Shown: piece after piece, positions 12,501-23,272 of the stretch | Position numbering within the stretch: position 1 is the first letter of the stretch | How the letters are laid out: every line of letters begins with the position of its first letter | DNA from: Blepharisma stoltei ATCC 30299 | Lineage: Eukaryota; Protista; Ciliophora | Length of the DNA stretch: 64,000 nucleotides | NCBI GenBank assembly: GCA_965603825.1 | Contig: CBFDEM010000013.1 | Span: 1 to 64,000 of the forward strand | Direction of reading: 5' to 3' | Translations under genes and position numbers: made by a program | Notes under the pieces: model-generated | Told to the model about the DNA's origin: nothing | The model's database searches: none | Seen by the model: only the letters and a program-made list of their open reading frames with translations

Positions 12501-13907
12501 ACGAATACAAACCTTGTTATAATTCTTTCTGAAGCTAATGATATTCTTATATTGGATGCCAATAATTCTGAGATTGGACCATTGATAGCTTTAAATATTT
12601 CTGAATATCTTAATTATCCAGATGCCAAATGTAATTGAATTGACACATTTTCTCATGTAAACGGGGATTTATGTTTGCTGGCTACTTCTTGCTCTTATTA
12701 TATAGACCAGATCCTAACAAATTCTACTGGTAATATCAGTATCAAAACTCAAATAAAATCAATAGTTTTATGGGAATTTGATTATAATCATCTCAAAGTC
12801 ACAAATACCCTTAATTTAAGAACTTCATCTCAACTTTCCTTTTTAAAGATTATAGCAATAAACTCCCAGGATTTTGAAATCATAGGCTTTGATACTCCTC
12901 TAGGTGAAGAAGATGTTGAAAACCCAAACAATAACGTACTGCGCTTTTCCGGATCCTGAAAGTCTGGAACTATGGTTCTAAAACAGCTAGAAATCTTAAA
13001 TTTCATCACACTTAATTTGCAATCATTTTTTGCAGTTATGGTTGATGGGAAAAACATTGACGAAAAATCCACGTACTACTACGTTGTCGATAACTTATAT
13101 GGAATCAGAATTCTTAAATCTCCAAAAGATTCTACTTCAGAATTAGTCCAATCAATAGAAGTCCAGTATTCTGACCCATTAGACTCCATCGGAGTTTGTA
13201 AAAATTCTGTATATGCCCGCTCCTTTAGCGGAACAATGAAGAGGTTCAAAATGATCAACCCTGAAAAATTAGAAGTAGAAACAGTTTTCAATGCTTATAA
13301 CACTTATGGCATGTCTTTTCTATCCCAGCCATGCCTCATTGTTTGTACAGAAAATGAAGAATTTATTGCGAGCTCTGTATGGTCAGCTGAAAACAGCTTT
13401 GGGATCAGGATTTGGGATACCAAGACTTATAATGTCTCGACAATTGTGTCTGATTTGTATGTTTCTCATACCTATGACCCATTTAGGCCTGCAAGCGTTA
13501 AATTCTTGAATTCAAGCACAGTAACAACAATTGCACAGTATGGAGCCATTTATAAAAGCTATGAAATTAACCCAAATCTACTTGTGATACCTAAGATGAG
13601 TGAAGCTGAGTATAACTCACTTGTAGATAGTTGGGGCACAAGCACGTTTTATATAATAATTACAGCTGAAAACATGAACAACAGTGCTAATACTACTGTG
13701 ATGCTGCTGAAGAGAAGCCACAAAACTAATCACCAAAACGAAGAAATTTATTGGTGGGTGTGGTTCTTTGCTGCAATTGGATTCGTTACAACGGCTGCAG
13801 GTGTTTGGTATGGAATCAGATATTTATTAAGAAGGAAAAAGATGAAATACGTTGCAGAAAGGCCAATATCATATACTGATATGGAGCAGCTAAGCATAGA
13901 TCTATAA
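9552..13907 (+). CDS. Large type I single-pass membrane protein (1451 aa with UGA=Trp)
   Basis: Seven ORF-track pieces lie in the same frame and are separated only by TGA (10482, 10851, 11343, 11565, 11700, 12636, 12957). N-terminal signal peptide MSTLLFILFLPVFS, C-terminal TM YWWVWFFAAIGFVTTAAGVWYGI followed by RRKK, short tail, TAA stop. Confidence 0.9.
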
Positions 13908-13927
13908 TTAAATATTCAATTTAAATA

Positions 13928-14866
13928 ATGTACAAAAAAATAGATTTGTTTCCATCTCTAATTCCTGATGTACAGAGCATAACCCCACCAAGAAAGGCGG
14001 ATTTTTCTCTTCCACCGCTGAAATTTTCCAAAAACCAAGAAAAACCATCACCAAATGCCAGTCCTTTAAGAATTGACCCAAAATATCAATTAAAAATCTC
14101 CGCAATTTCGAGCAGCCAAGTTTCTCCAGTCCCAATCCAAAACGTAGATTTTAGTAAAAGTAAAAGAAAGGCTAAGAACAAGTTTTCGTTTATTAAAAAA
14201 GCTGAAGAAGTGATGAGTCCTTTTCCTCCCCCTTTGGAGATTCTTAATGCAAAGCTTCAAAACAAGCTGAAATGCTCTAGACTATTAGATATTACAGTGG
14301 CTTTCCCTGTGAAACAGAATAAAAAAGAGTATATAAGAATTAACAGAAACCAGTCTTTAACCCCGCACGGGAAGCTTGCAAGGTCTCCTACTCATTTCGA
14401 CTCCCCAAAGCAGAGTACTTATCCAGAACAAATTAAACAAGCATTTAGGCCAAAATTAATCCAGCGAATAATCCCGTTAGAATTGTCATTACCTCCCGAT
14501 AAAATTGGGCTAAGATATGTAAATACCAACTACAAAGACGTATCAAGAGCCAAAAGATCGAAATCAGAACTTGTATCATACCTAAAAAGAAAACCTCTCA
14601 AACATCATAAAGTAAAAGAAAACAACATAATATCAGACTCCGAGCTATCACAAAACTCTTCAAGAAAAATTGTCCTTAATAAACGAAGCAAGAATCAGCA
14701 AGCAATTACACTTGATCACGATTACGAGTTGAGCGCTCATGATAAGCATTCCTTCGACGTAGCATGCTATGTAAAAGAATTAAGCTCTACAGAGAGCTCG
14801 AAATCTATCATTTCTATCCTTCCCTCAGCTTTTCAAAACTCGACCCAAATTTTGACGTTAACTTAA
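13928..14866 (+). CDS. Hypothetical basic S/K/P-rich protein (312 aa)
   Basis: Long ATG-TAA ORF in gene-dense context. Low complexity, no domain recognised. Confidence 0.65.
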   Translation: MYKKIDLFPSLIPDVQSITPPRKADFSLPPLKFSKNQEKPSPNASPLRIDPKYQLKISAISSSQVSPVPIQNVDFSKSKRKAKNKFSFIKKAEEVMSPFPPPLEILNAKLQNKLKCSRLLDITVAFPVKQNKKEYIRINRNQSLTPHGKLARSPTHFDSPKQSTYPEQIKQAFRPKLIQRIIPLELSLPPDKIGLRYVNTNYKDVSRAKRSKSELVSYLKRKPLKHHKVKENNIISDSELSQNSSRKIVLNKRSKNQQAITLDHDYELSAHDKHSFDVACYVKELSSTESSKSIISILPSAFQNSTQILTLT

Positions 14867-14868
14867 TA

Positions 14869-16447
14869 TTAAAACATATAATTATACCCCCAGACATTTT
14901 CTTCTAACCATTCTTCATATTTCTCATGGAAATCCTGTGGCAGCTGTGGGGAGTCTTCAATTTTTTGATCAAGTCCTTGCCAATAATGATAAAAATTAAA
15001 CTCATGATTTATTTGTCGCACTTCGTCTGCTGTCAAAGTCTCAGTGTTTTCTATATCATTGATCCAGTCTTCGCCTTTGTTTTGGAGTCTGTGATAAATT
15101 GCGGATATTATATGCATATTTGATGGGTAGCTTTTTCATTTTTTATTGAGATATTTTACTTGCACTCTTAGTAGCTTTAAAGAGTCTATTTGAATTTCTT
15201 CAACTTGCAGCTTATTGAGGATTCTTTTGAAAATAAGAGAAGATTTGTATTGAATGAGATTGTCCTTAATTCTCTCTGGGTGATTTTTTACTAGCTTGTA
15301 GGTCACTTTTAGCATGGTCGAAATACAGTCTTCTACGATTTTTTCACTGTGGATTTCAGAAAAACAAGGTAAAGCTGGGGTTTTTATGACCTCGTTCCCT
15401 GAAAAATCTTGGTTTAAGAATTTTAAAAATACTAAAATCCCGTTAGCATCTGCCATAAGCTGGCTTAGATATGAGAACTGCACAATGTGGTTTAGCTTAA
15501 ACCTCATCATCAGTAATAAGAATATTTTAGATATGTAGAGTCCTGTAATGAATTTATGTCTTGTGTGTTCTGCTGAATGAGTTGACTCGTTACATTGTTG
15601 GCATTGACAATTAAATCTTCTCCGAAAGCCTGCAAAGCATTCTTCATTTTCTTCAAACATCCTCAGAGGAGACAGCCATTCTTCTTTAATGTCAACCCCA
15701 TTAGTATTAGCATTTGGGCAGCAGTTTAATAATGCTCGCAATAAGCCCACAACAATGATCTGTGGGAGAGGGTTTTCTTTTCTCATCATTCTCCTCTACA
15801 ATAAAACTCACGTAAAACATTTCAACAGCGTTATTAGGTGGAATTCTGTGTCTTGGAGTCTCTGCTTTTAATCCTTCTAAAATCTCTTTAGAGAATTTTG
15901 TTTCATTTTTATTAGGAAAATCCAAAATGAGCTCTATATATGCCAAATAAAGCATTGACACTTTTTTTATCGGGATAAAGCTGATTTCTGTGGAAATTTT
16001 GATTAAATGCATTAAGGCATCTTCAAGGGTGGAGGAATAAAACGCTGTGTCAGATTTTAATTCCTCTTGAGGGAGAAATTTAAACATAAGAAAAAGAATG
16101 TTTAAAGCTGTGCGCAGTTCTTGCTCTTGAGCCATGCTGTGCTCTGAGCTATTTATCTCTTCAGAAACTAACGCTAAATAGTTCGCAAGAATCGGGAGCG
16201 CTCCTTGCTCTGACAGTCTCATTGCAGCTTCTTGGATGCTTGAGATTCATTGAGCTCTGCTAGAATTGCAATCTTTCATTAATAAGGAATATAGAGCACT
16301 GCTGGCTTTTCTTCGCACTTCTTTGCTGGCTCCTTCAAGAAACTCCAGCATGTCGCTTTCATTTCCATTCCAATCGGAAAGTGAGTGTAAATGTAAATCA
16401 AGCTCTTCTGAAAAGCTGAAAAAGTAATCAACTTCTTCAAAATTCAT
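14869..16447 (-). CDS. STRIPAK component, STRIP/FAM40/Far11 family (520 aa; one 16-nt intron)
   Basis: LPQIIVVGLLRALL, RHKFITGLYISKIFLLLMMRFKLNHIVQFSYLSQLMADANGILVFLKFLNQ and KYLNKKW...SNMHIISAIY match the Far11/STRIP C-terminal region. Needs TGA=W at 16247 and 15136 and the intron at 15796-15811. Confidence 0.85.
15796..15811 (-). other. 16-nt spliceosomal intron GTGAGTTTTATTGTAG
   Basis: Removing it joins ...VEMFY to RRMMRKENPLPQ in frame. GT..AG ends, A at position 10. Confidence 0.85.
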
Positions 16448-16498
16448 TTTTTAAATGCATTTAAAGAAATATGAAAGATAATAAATTGTGTTAAGCTA

Positions 16499-17959
16499 TT
16501 AGAGGTCAGATTTTTGGTTTCTATTATTTTTGATGAATTTGTGAAGTTCTGAGAAACTTATGTCCTCATCGTACTCAAAAATCAATGGATTTGCTTTGTC
16601 GTTATGACTAATGTAGAAGATTGCTGGGATAGAATCAGGCTGCAAACCCTCTGGAAGCCTGTTTAGAGTTCCTTCTATTTTGGCAAAAATTATTTCGCTG
16701 TTTAATTCTGCTAATTTTTCAAACATAGGGAGCACTTTTTCACAGTCCTCACAGTCTAAAGAGTAAACAAACAGCGCAATATCTTTTTTTGCATTTTCTA
16801 GCTTTTCATATATATTTTTCCCTACATATTTATAAACTCCTTTTTCTACTTCTTTATCAGGGATCTCTTCTGACAGCACAAATGGCTCCAAAGTTCCATC
16901 AATATATTTTTGAATAAATTCCGTGATTTTTTCTACCTGCAAAGATCCGTTTTTGACCATTTCACTTTCATTCAAAATGTACATATTTTTCATGTCGTCA
17001 ATCATTAAAAGATGCTTATTCTATGTAGAATTTACGTTTTTGAACACTTTGATTTCATCAAGCAGCCATGTGTAGTCGTTTCTTTTAGCGACTGCATATG
17101 TGAACTTTTGGTTGAAGTTTGATATGGCTCTGCTGAATCTGGAAATTACATATCTTGTGCCTGATGGGTTTGTTCGTGGAGAAATCTCTGCGTACAAGCA
17201 AACTATTGTGTCAGCTTTTTTAGTCAGAATAGGCTCGGTATTGGGGTTTAGTCAGGATAATTTTCCAAAAAAATTATCAAAAATCGTATCTGCAACTTTA
17301 TCGATGTTTTCTATATTTTTTATATAAAAATATCTTTCCTCTTCATTTAAAACCAGCATTGGAGGTCTTGCAACCACAATTCCATCATTTATATTCAAAA
17401 TTTTAGCGATTTCTTCACTAAAGGTATATGCGAATGGCAGAAAGTGCTTGCTGGCGTTTGCGATTTCCATAAATAGTTTGAACTTTGGGCTTCTTTTAGG
17501 AAAAACGCCTAATACAATTCCATCAGTGCTGCATTTAGTGCTCAAAGAGCTATTAAAGTCAGCAAAATTCTCAAAAATTGGAATATTTTCAGTCATTCTC
17601 ATAAAAGTTGCTTCTATTTCTGCAGGCTCAAATGACCCAGTATAAATGATATATTTTTCAGCGTTGGCAGGGTAAATAATGATGTGTGGGTATCCTTCTA
17701 ATTGATAATTCGCAGCTATTTGGGCTCCTTCTTCATTCATTATGTCAACTAAAGCAAATTCTTGGTCAGGCAATTTTGATGCGATTTTAGAAAATTGGTC
17801 TTGGAAGACCATGCATGGATGTAGGGAAGAAGAGCAAAATGAGATAAATCGGCCTTTTCCTGATTTTTGATAAATAAATTCTTCTAAATCTGCTGCTCCT
17901 ATGTGTGAAAATTTAGCTAATCCTAGAGTGACAGAGAAAAGGAAGAGAAGAAACTCCAT
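16499..17959 (-). CDS. Protein disulfide-isomerase-like ER protein (481 aa; one 15-nt intron)
   Basis: Signal peptide, thioredoxin-fold segments (GYPHIIIY, LEPFVLSEEIP, YVGKN), C-terminal CEDC site and KDEL-like KSDL end. Needs TGA=W at 17252 and the intron at 17021-17035. Confidence 0.85.
17021..17035 (-). other. 15-nt spliceosomal intron GTAAATTCTACATAG
   Basis: Contains an in-frame TAG. Removing it restores the PDI-like frame. A at position 10. Confidence 0.85.
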
Positions 17960-18716
17960 TTACTAAGAGATTAGCATCAGATAAATAGTCAAGCCTTCAC
18001 AGAAATTATGATTGTGATGCAATGAAGTTAGAAAGCTCAAATTTCCCTCTGGCTTGAATTTTAGTTATATGCAAGAAATTGGCTCAAAGCCCCTAAAATT
18101 CATTCATTGTATAGAAATACTTAGAAAAAAATATTGGAGTAGTATCAACACATAGAAACAATTCTATATGCTAATTAGTTACGCCGTCTATATCGCACAC
18201 CTACTAAAATGTGCCATTTATTATTGCTCGCTTAGCTAAACAAATTACATATTTTAATCACAAATAGCATATATTAAGGCGCTCATTCTTTAAAAATTAG
18301 AATTCAATAGCACTTGCTCAAAAATTGATTGAGCCTTAATGGCAAATGCTGTATCATTTTCTATAAAGCAATTTTCTAATTACTGTTCTAGCGAAAGCAC
18401 AACTTTGAGTTTGTTTGTTGATGCTTACGTAACACATAAGAAAAGCCTTATATGCTATAGAAGGCACCATCACTCTTGCACTTTCATAGAGCTGTGCATG
18501 GTTGGCTTATGTTGGGGTAGTAGTAACACAAAGAAATGGTCCTCTGTGCTAATTGTATCTCCGTCTCTTTCACACTTGCTTATAGCTCGTGCTATAAATA
18601 CATTTGCAAGCAAAATCCGCTTAAAAAGAGAAGAATATAATAGGCTCTTCTTAATTATTATCCACTAAAAAAAACTAATCCATTTCATTTATTCCAGGTC
18701 AGATAATAATTTGAAA

Positions 18717-19613
18717 ATGAACACTGATCAACGTGTCTCGGCTCTCTTCAGTAAACCAGGAAATCAGACGTGTGCTGACTGTAATTCAAGGAACCCACGC
18801 TGGCTCAGTATTCCATTAGGGGTATTTATCTGTATTCAATGCAGCGGCATGCATAGACACTTGGGGACTCACATTTCCTTTGTCCGCTCAGCTACACTTG
18901 ATAAGTGGACTCCAGAGCAGCTCCACATCTTTGAAAGATTAGATAACAACGTGGCGAATGCTTATTGGGAAAAGCATATGCAGGATTCGAATTTGAAACC
19001 TAAAGAAACTGACAGCCCGCAAAAGGTCTTGAGCTTTCTTAGGGAAAAATACGAGCATAAAAAATGGGTAAACAAGGACGAGTTGAATCCTGTCCAAAGA
19101 ATCAAAAGAGGTGAAACAGTCCAGCAGCCTAAAGCCCAAGAAGACAAGCAGCCTAAGGCTCAAGCCATGAAGCCCAGAGCGCCGCAAACAAACTCAATCA
19201 ATTTATTAGACGGTGATTTTATAGCTCCTTCATCCCAGCCTAGAAATGCAGTTCTAAACGACGATTTTATCCGCTTCGATCTTGTAGTTGATGTCCCTGC
19301 AATCCAAGAAACTAAGTCTATTAACACCTGGCCAGCAACAAACAGCATCGTTTTTCAAGAAAGAAATGTAGAAGAGAGAAACTTCAAGCAAATCGAAGAA
19401 AGAAACACCAAAACCCTTGACGACAGAGACAAGAAAATCCGAGATGTGATGGCAATGTACAATAATAATAGTCTGCAAAGTCCAGACATGAACCGAAACA
19501 CTCAGCAACAAAAGCAACAATTTCAGTCTTTAGGAGCTCTTGCCGCACAGAAGTTTTTATCAGGAGAGAGAGCCGACTTTGGGTATAGCAATAGCTACTG
19601 GCCAAGTTTCTAA
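18717..19613 (+). CDS. ArfGAP-domain protein (SMAP/AGD-like)
   Basis: CADC-x16-CIQC zinc finger, HRHLGTHISFVRSATLDKW, FLREKYE.KKW. Confidence 0.92.
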   Translation: MNTDQRVSALFSKPGNQTCADCNSRNPRWLSIPLGVFICIQCSGMHRHLGTHISFVRSATLDKWTPEQLHIFERLDNNVANAYWEKHMQDSNLKPKETDSPQKVLSFLREKYEHKKWVNKDELNPVQRIKRGETVQQPKAQEDKQPKAQAMKPRAPQTNSINLLDGDFIAPSSQPRNAVLNDDFIRFDLVVDVPAIQETKSINTWPATNSIVFQERNVEERNFKQIEERNTKTLDDRDKKIRDVMAMYNNNSLQSPDMNRNTQQQKQQFQSLGALAAQKFLSGERADFGYSNSYWPSF

Positions 19614-19635
19614 ATTTAATTACTTATTGTGTGAA

Positions 19636-22176
19636 TTAATTTTCAGTTTTATTTTCGTATACAGCATAATGGAGAAGGGGTATTAGATTCCCTGGCAGAA
19701 CACTGGAAGCCCTGCTTATGAAAGTTTCTGTGGTGTAGCCAGTATGCAGTGCATATTGGTGCGCGTATTTTATCATTAAGGCTTGTGTTTCTTCTCTTTG
19801 ATCTTTCTGGATAAATAGTGCTAATAATTTTATTACATCATTTTTCCCTTCAAGAAGTCTTGCTTTAAATGCGTGGCTTCATTTCCCTTCTGCTTCGTAG
19901 ACACAAAACAAAATCGGCAAGCATTTCAGCCCAGATCCCATTAGAGTTATTTGTGTTAGATCATAAAAACCTTTTAAATTCCCTAGGAGCATTGAAAATA
20001 GGGTTGCTAAAGTGTCTTCTATGTTATCAGATATTGCTTTATATATGCTATACCCTACAAGCATTAGAAATCGTGTCAGCGACGCCTTGAACTCTTTAGT
20101 AAAAGACTCAGGCCCAGTAAAAGCTTGCAAAAAGTCTTCAGAAAACTGCTCTAGAGCATCTGCCACACACCCAAATGCAAAAGAACTTTGGTCTATTTCT
20201 GCTATTCTTTTATGGTAAATATGTGTCGTCTTTATTGTAAAAGTGCTATTACTCTTATACACTTTTAAGGGAAGAAGCGATATAATGTTGTCGAGGTTTG
20301 AGAAGAGAGGGTGGTAGGAGGAAAACAGCAATTCGACATCAGACAGTTTTTGGACTGTCCTGAGAAGTTTGCAGAAGGATAGCTTTTCAGCATAGACTAA
20401 GAATTTTGAGGCTGGTAGATCTAGAGACAACTGCTCTGCTAAAATCAGAAGGATTATTTGTGAGGTAGGCTTCAAAGAGTTGAAATAAGCAGGTATTGAT
20501 TGACGAAAGGCTTGGTTTAAAGGAATATCATTACTTTTTTGCTTATGGAGGATTGGCAGTAAAAATGCAACCACTGAGTCTATTTCTGTTTCATTATAAA
20601 ACGGCTTGAAAGAATCCAGCTGCGAATTTGCCAGTGGTTCAATTTTCAAAGAGCTTTCCCAAGCTTTATAAGAAGGAGCGCTTTCTTCATTTATATGCTT
20701 AAGAATATAAGCTAAAATTATCGAAAAATGCCTATACTGGTGCTTATCAAGCTTTCTGAAAATAGCTCACAAATAATTATAAATCTCAATCCATAGCCCT
20801 CTTTCGCTTATATAATTTTCTGCAGTGGCTAAAGGGTATGATGAGCTAAGCACAGAAATTTTGAATTTTATTTCCATTTCACTTTCTTCTTCGAGCAATT
20901 CATTTAAAATTTCTTTTGGGTCAATGCCTCTGCTTTCCAGAAGCACGATAAGTTTATTTGCGGAGTTAATGTCCCCAGCTATGATAGCGTTCCTAAGTTC
21001 TTCTTTTTTATCAGTTTTCAGCTCAGTTATCAAGTGCAGCCCTTGATCTGTAATAATATACAAATTCTGATCATGAAATGCATAAGAAAAGATTTGCTTT
21101 ACAGATGAGGAATGTTCCCATAACTTAAGATCTTCAATCCCTCTGGCAGTCCATAGTTCATAGTTAATTGAGTCTATTTTCCTTCCATTACAGCCTCCAC
21201 ATACACAAATTTTAATTTCTTTTCTGTCTAAATCTGACTTTCTTTCCATTATTTCGCTAGCATAGCATTTCCCAATAATCATCAAATCATTTTCAGTCAA
21301 TAGTAAAACAGTCTTTTTCCATAGCAGAGAAAAATCATGATTACCATACGGCAGTGCAAAAGAAAACGTAGGCCTTGGGAGGTTTTCAAAATCATGAATA
21401 TCTATATGAGTATCATAAGTCGCCACGATTATAGGCCCTCTATACGAGTTTTGATAGGAAACTTTGGCTTTAGGTCCAAAATTTAGATAATTTGGCTTCA
21501 AGCCTTCTTTGATATCCAGCAATAAATCAGAAATCGCAATCAAGCAGCAGTTTTTGTCCCCAGAATGGATTAATATAGATTTCATAGTCTCAATCAGCTG
21601 AATGCTGGCTATTCCGTTAGGCAGAGTAAATGATCTTTCCATCTGCCCCGTGCCTGAATTAATCACTATTAAAGACCCGCTGAGCGTACTCACAATGATC
21701 CATTCTTCACATCACACCATTCCTGTAAACGAAACCTGATTATTTATCTGCAAACAGGTGACGTCTAAATGATTTTCATATCTTCTTTCTCTATTAACTA
21801 AGCAGTGCCCTATAGTATCAATCATATCATCAATGACATTATCAGGCATCTGCGGTCTTTCAAGCACCGAAAAGAAGTCTTTTTCAATAAACCGCTTCCA
21901 GGTCGCATTAAAGTGATCAGACTGGCACGAGTAAGATGTAAAAATAAACAAAGACCCTTGGCTGACTAAAATTGCTATAAATTCTGATTTTATACAAATA
22001 GATACAGGCTGTAATGACTGAATTGTAAATCATGGAAGAGTTTTTAGAGTATTGTGATGGTAATATAGAAGAGAGGTGGAGGTAGCTATAAGAGCTTGGA
22101 AATCAGGAACACATTCACAAGCTGCTGCAATTGGAGCAGCTTCCACTAAAGTTGTAAGAGAATATATGTCTTCCAT
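19636..22176 (-). CDS. Hypothetical protein (846 aa with UGA=Trp); N-terminal beta-rich half, C-terminal helical half
   Basis: ORF-track pieces 21712-21951, 20767-21693 and 19879-20649 share one frame separated only by TGA. ATG 22176, TAA 19636-19638. Family not recognised. Confidence 0.75.
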
Positions 22177-22192
22177 ATAGTTATCTATTAAA

Positions 22193-23251
22193 TTAATCAT
22201 CTAATTGCGAAGAGATTTCGAGCTCTTCTAGCAGTAAAGCTTTCATTTGGTCAAATGAGAGCTCGGCATCTTCAAACTCAAACGCAATGGTTTCTTGAGA
22301 AACTGGCTCTTCGTCAGAGTCATGCAAATCTGCGAGATATGGGTGTCTTAGCGCTTCTTCTACAGTGAGTCTCTGGCTTGGGTTGAATGCCAGCAGTTTT
22401 TCTAATAAGTCAATAGCTTCTGGAGGGGCTTCAGGGTTTATGATATTTTGTAGTGGCTGTTTCACATGTTTGTCGAGCGACTTCACAAATTTCCTCGCAT
22501 GGTCATTTGCAATGAACTCTAAATCAGCTTCATCAGGTGTCCCAAGGGTTTTTATAATCAAATCTATCTGTTTTATATAATTCTGCCCCGGGAACAGAAC
22601 TCTCCTCCCTAAAATCTCGCCAAATGTGCAGCCTACGCTCCAAATATCGACTGCTTTTGTATAATTGTGAGAAGAAAGCATGATTTCTGGAGCTCTATAA
22701 AACCTAGTGACCACGTATTCAGTCAGGTCTTCCAAGCTTGAGTTTATTTGTCGACTGAGCCCGAAGTCACAAATCTTGATAGAGCAGTCAGCATTTACAA
22801 GGATATTGCTGGGCTTTATGTCTCTGTGAACAATATTAGCGCTATGGATAAACTTCAGTGCTCTTAGGATGTAATAGATAAAATACTGGGCATGGTCATT
22901 GGTGAGCTCTTGGTCTGACTTAAGAATCCTATGCAGATCAGTTTCCATAAGAGGAGTGATGATGTAGATTTCGCCAAGCTCAGAAGGGTCAGCGTGGATG
23001 TGTATAACCCGCTTCAGCCCTAATATACCATCATGCCTAAGCAGCCGCATAGCTTTGATTTCTCGAAGGTTTCGCTTGGCGTCAATCACGTCTTCGATTT
23101 TGTTCAGTTTTTTTATTGCTACAGCTTCATCTTTTTCAGTGTCACGGGCTTGGATTACTGTGCCATAAGCCCCATAGCCTATGATTTTTTCTGCAGTGTA
23201 CCTTGGGCTTATGTGAAAAGAGTTTAAAATTTCTTCAGCTGTTTCTCCCAT
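22193..23251 (-). CDS. ERK-type MAP kinase (TEY activation loop)
   Basis: GYGAYG, VAIKK, HRDIKPSN, DFGLSR, LTEYVVTRFYRAPE, HPYLADLHDSDEEP (CD domain). Confidence 0.95.
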   Translation of the reverse strand: MGETAEEILNSFHISPRYTAEKIIGYGAYGTVIQARDTEKDEAVAIKKLNKIEDVIDAKRNLREIKAMRLLRHDGILGLKRVIHIHADPSELGEIYIITPLMETDLHRILKSDQELTNDHAQYFIYYILRALKFIHSANIVHRDIKPSNILVNADCSIKICDFGLSRQINSSLEDLTEYVVTRFYRAPEIMLSSHNYTKAVDIWSVGCTFGEILGRRVLFPGQNYIKQIDLIIKTLGTPDEADLEFIANDHARKFVKSLDKHVKQPLQNIINPEAPPEAIDLLEKLLAFNPSQRLTVEEALRHPYLADLHDSDEEPVSQETIAFEFEDAELSFDQMKALLLEELEISSQLDD

Positions 23252-23272
23252 TTAATATAGATTAAATTACAA

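Noticed and set aside
9552-13907. Selenoprotein or pseudogene interpretation of the in-frame TGAs
   Set aside because: Across the window TGA aligns with conserved Trp, not Cys, and no TAA/TAG or frameshift disrupts these frames.
18339-18668. 109-aa ORF between the PDI-like and ArfGAP genes
   Set aside because: Atypical composition and no motif. It may be spurious or decayed sequence, so I cannot support a gene call.
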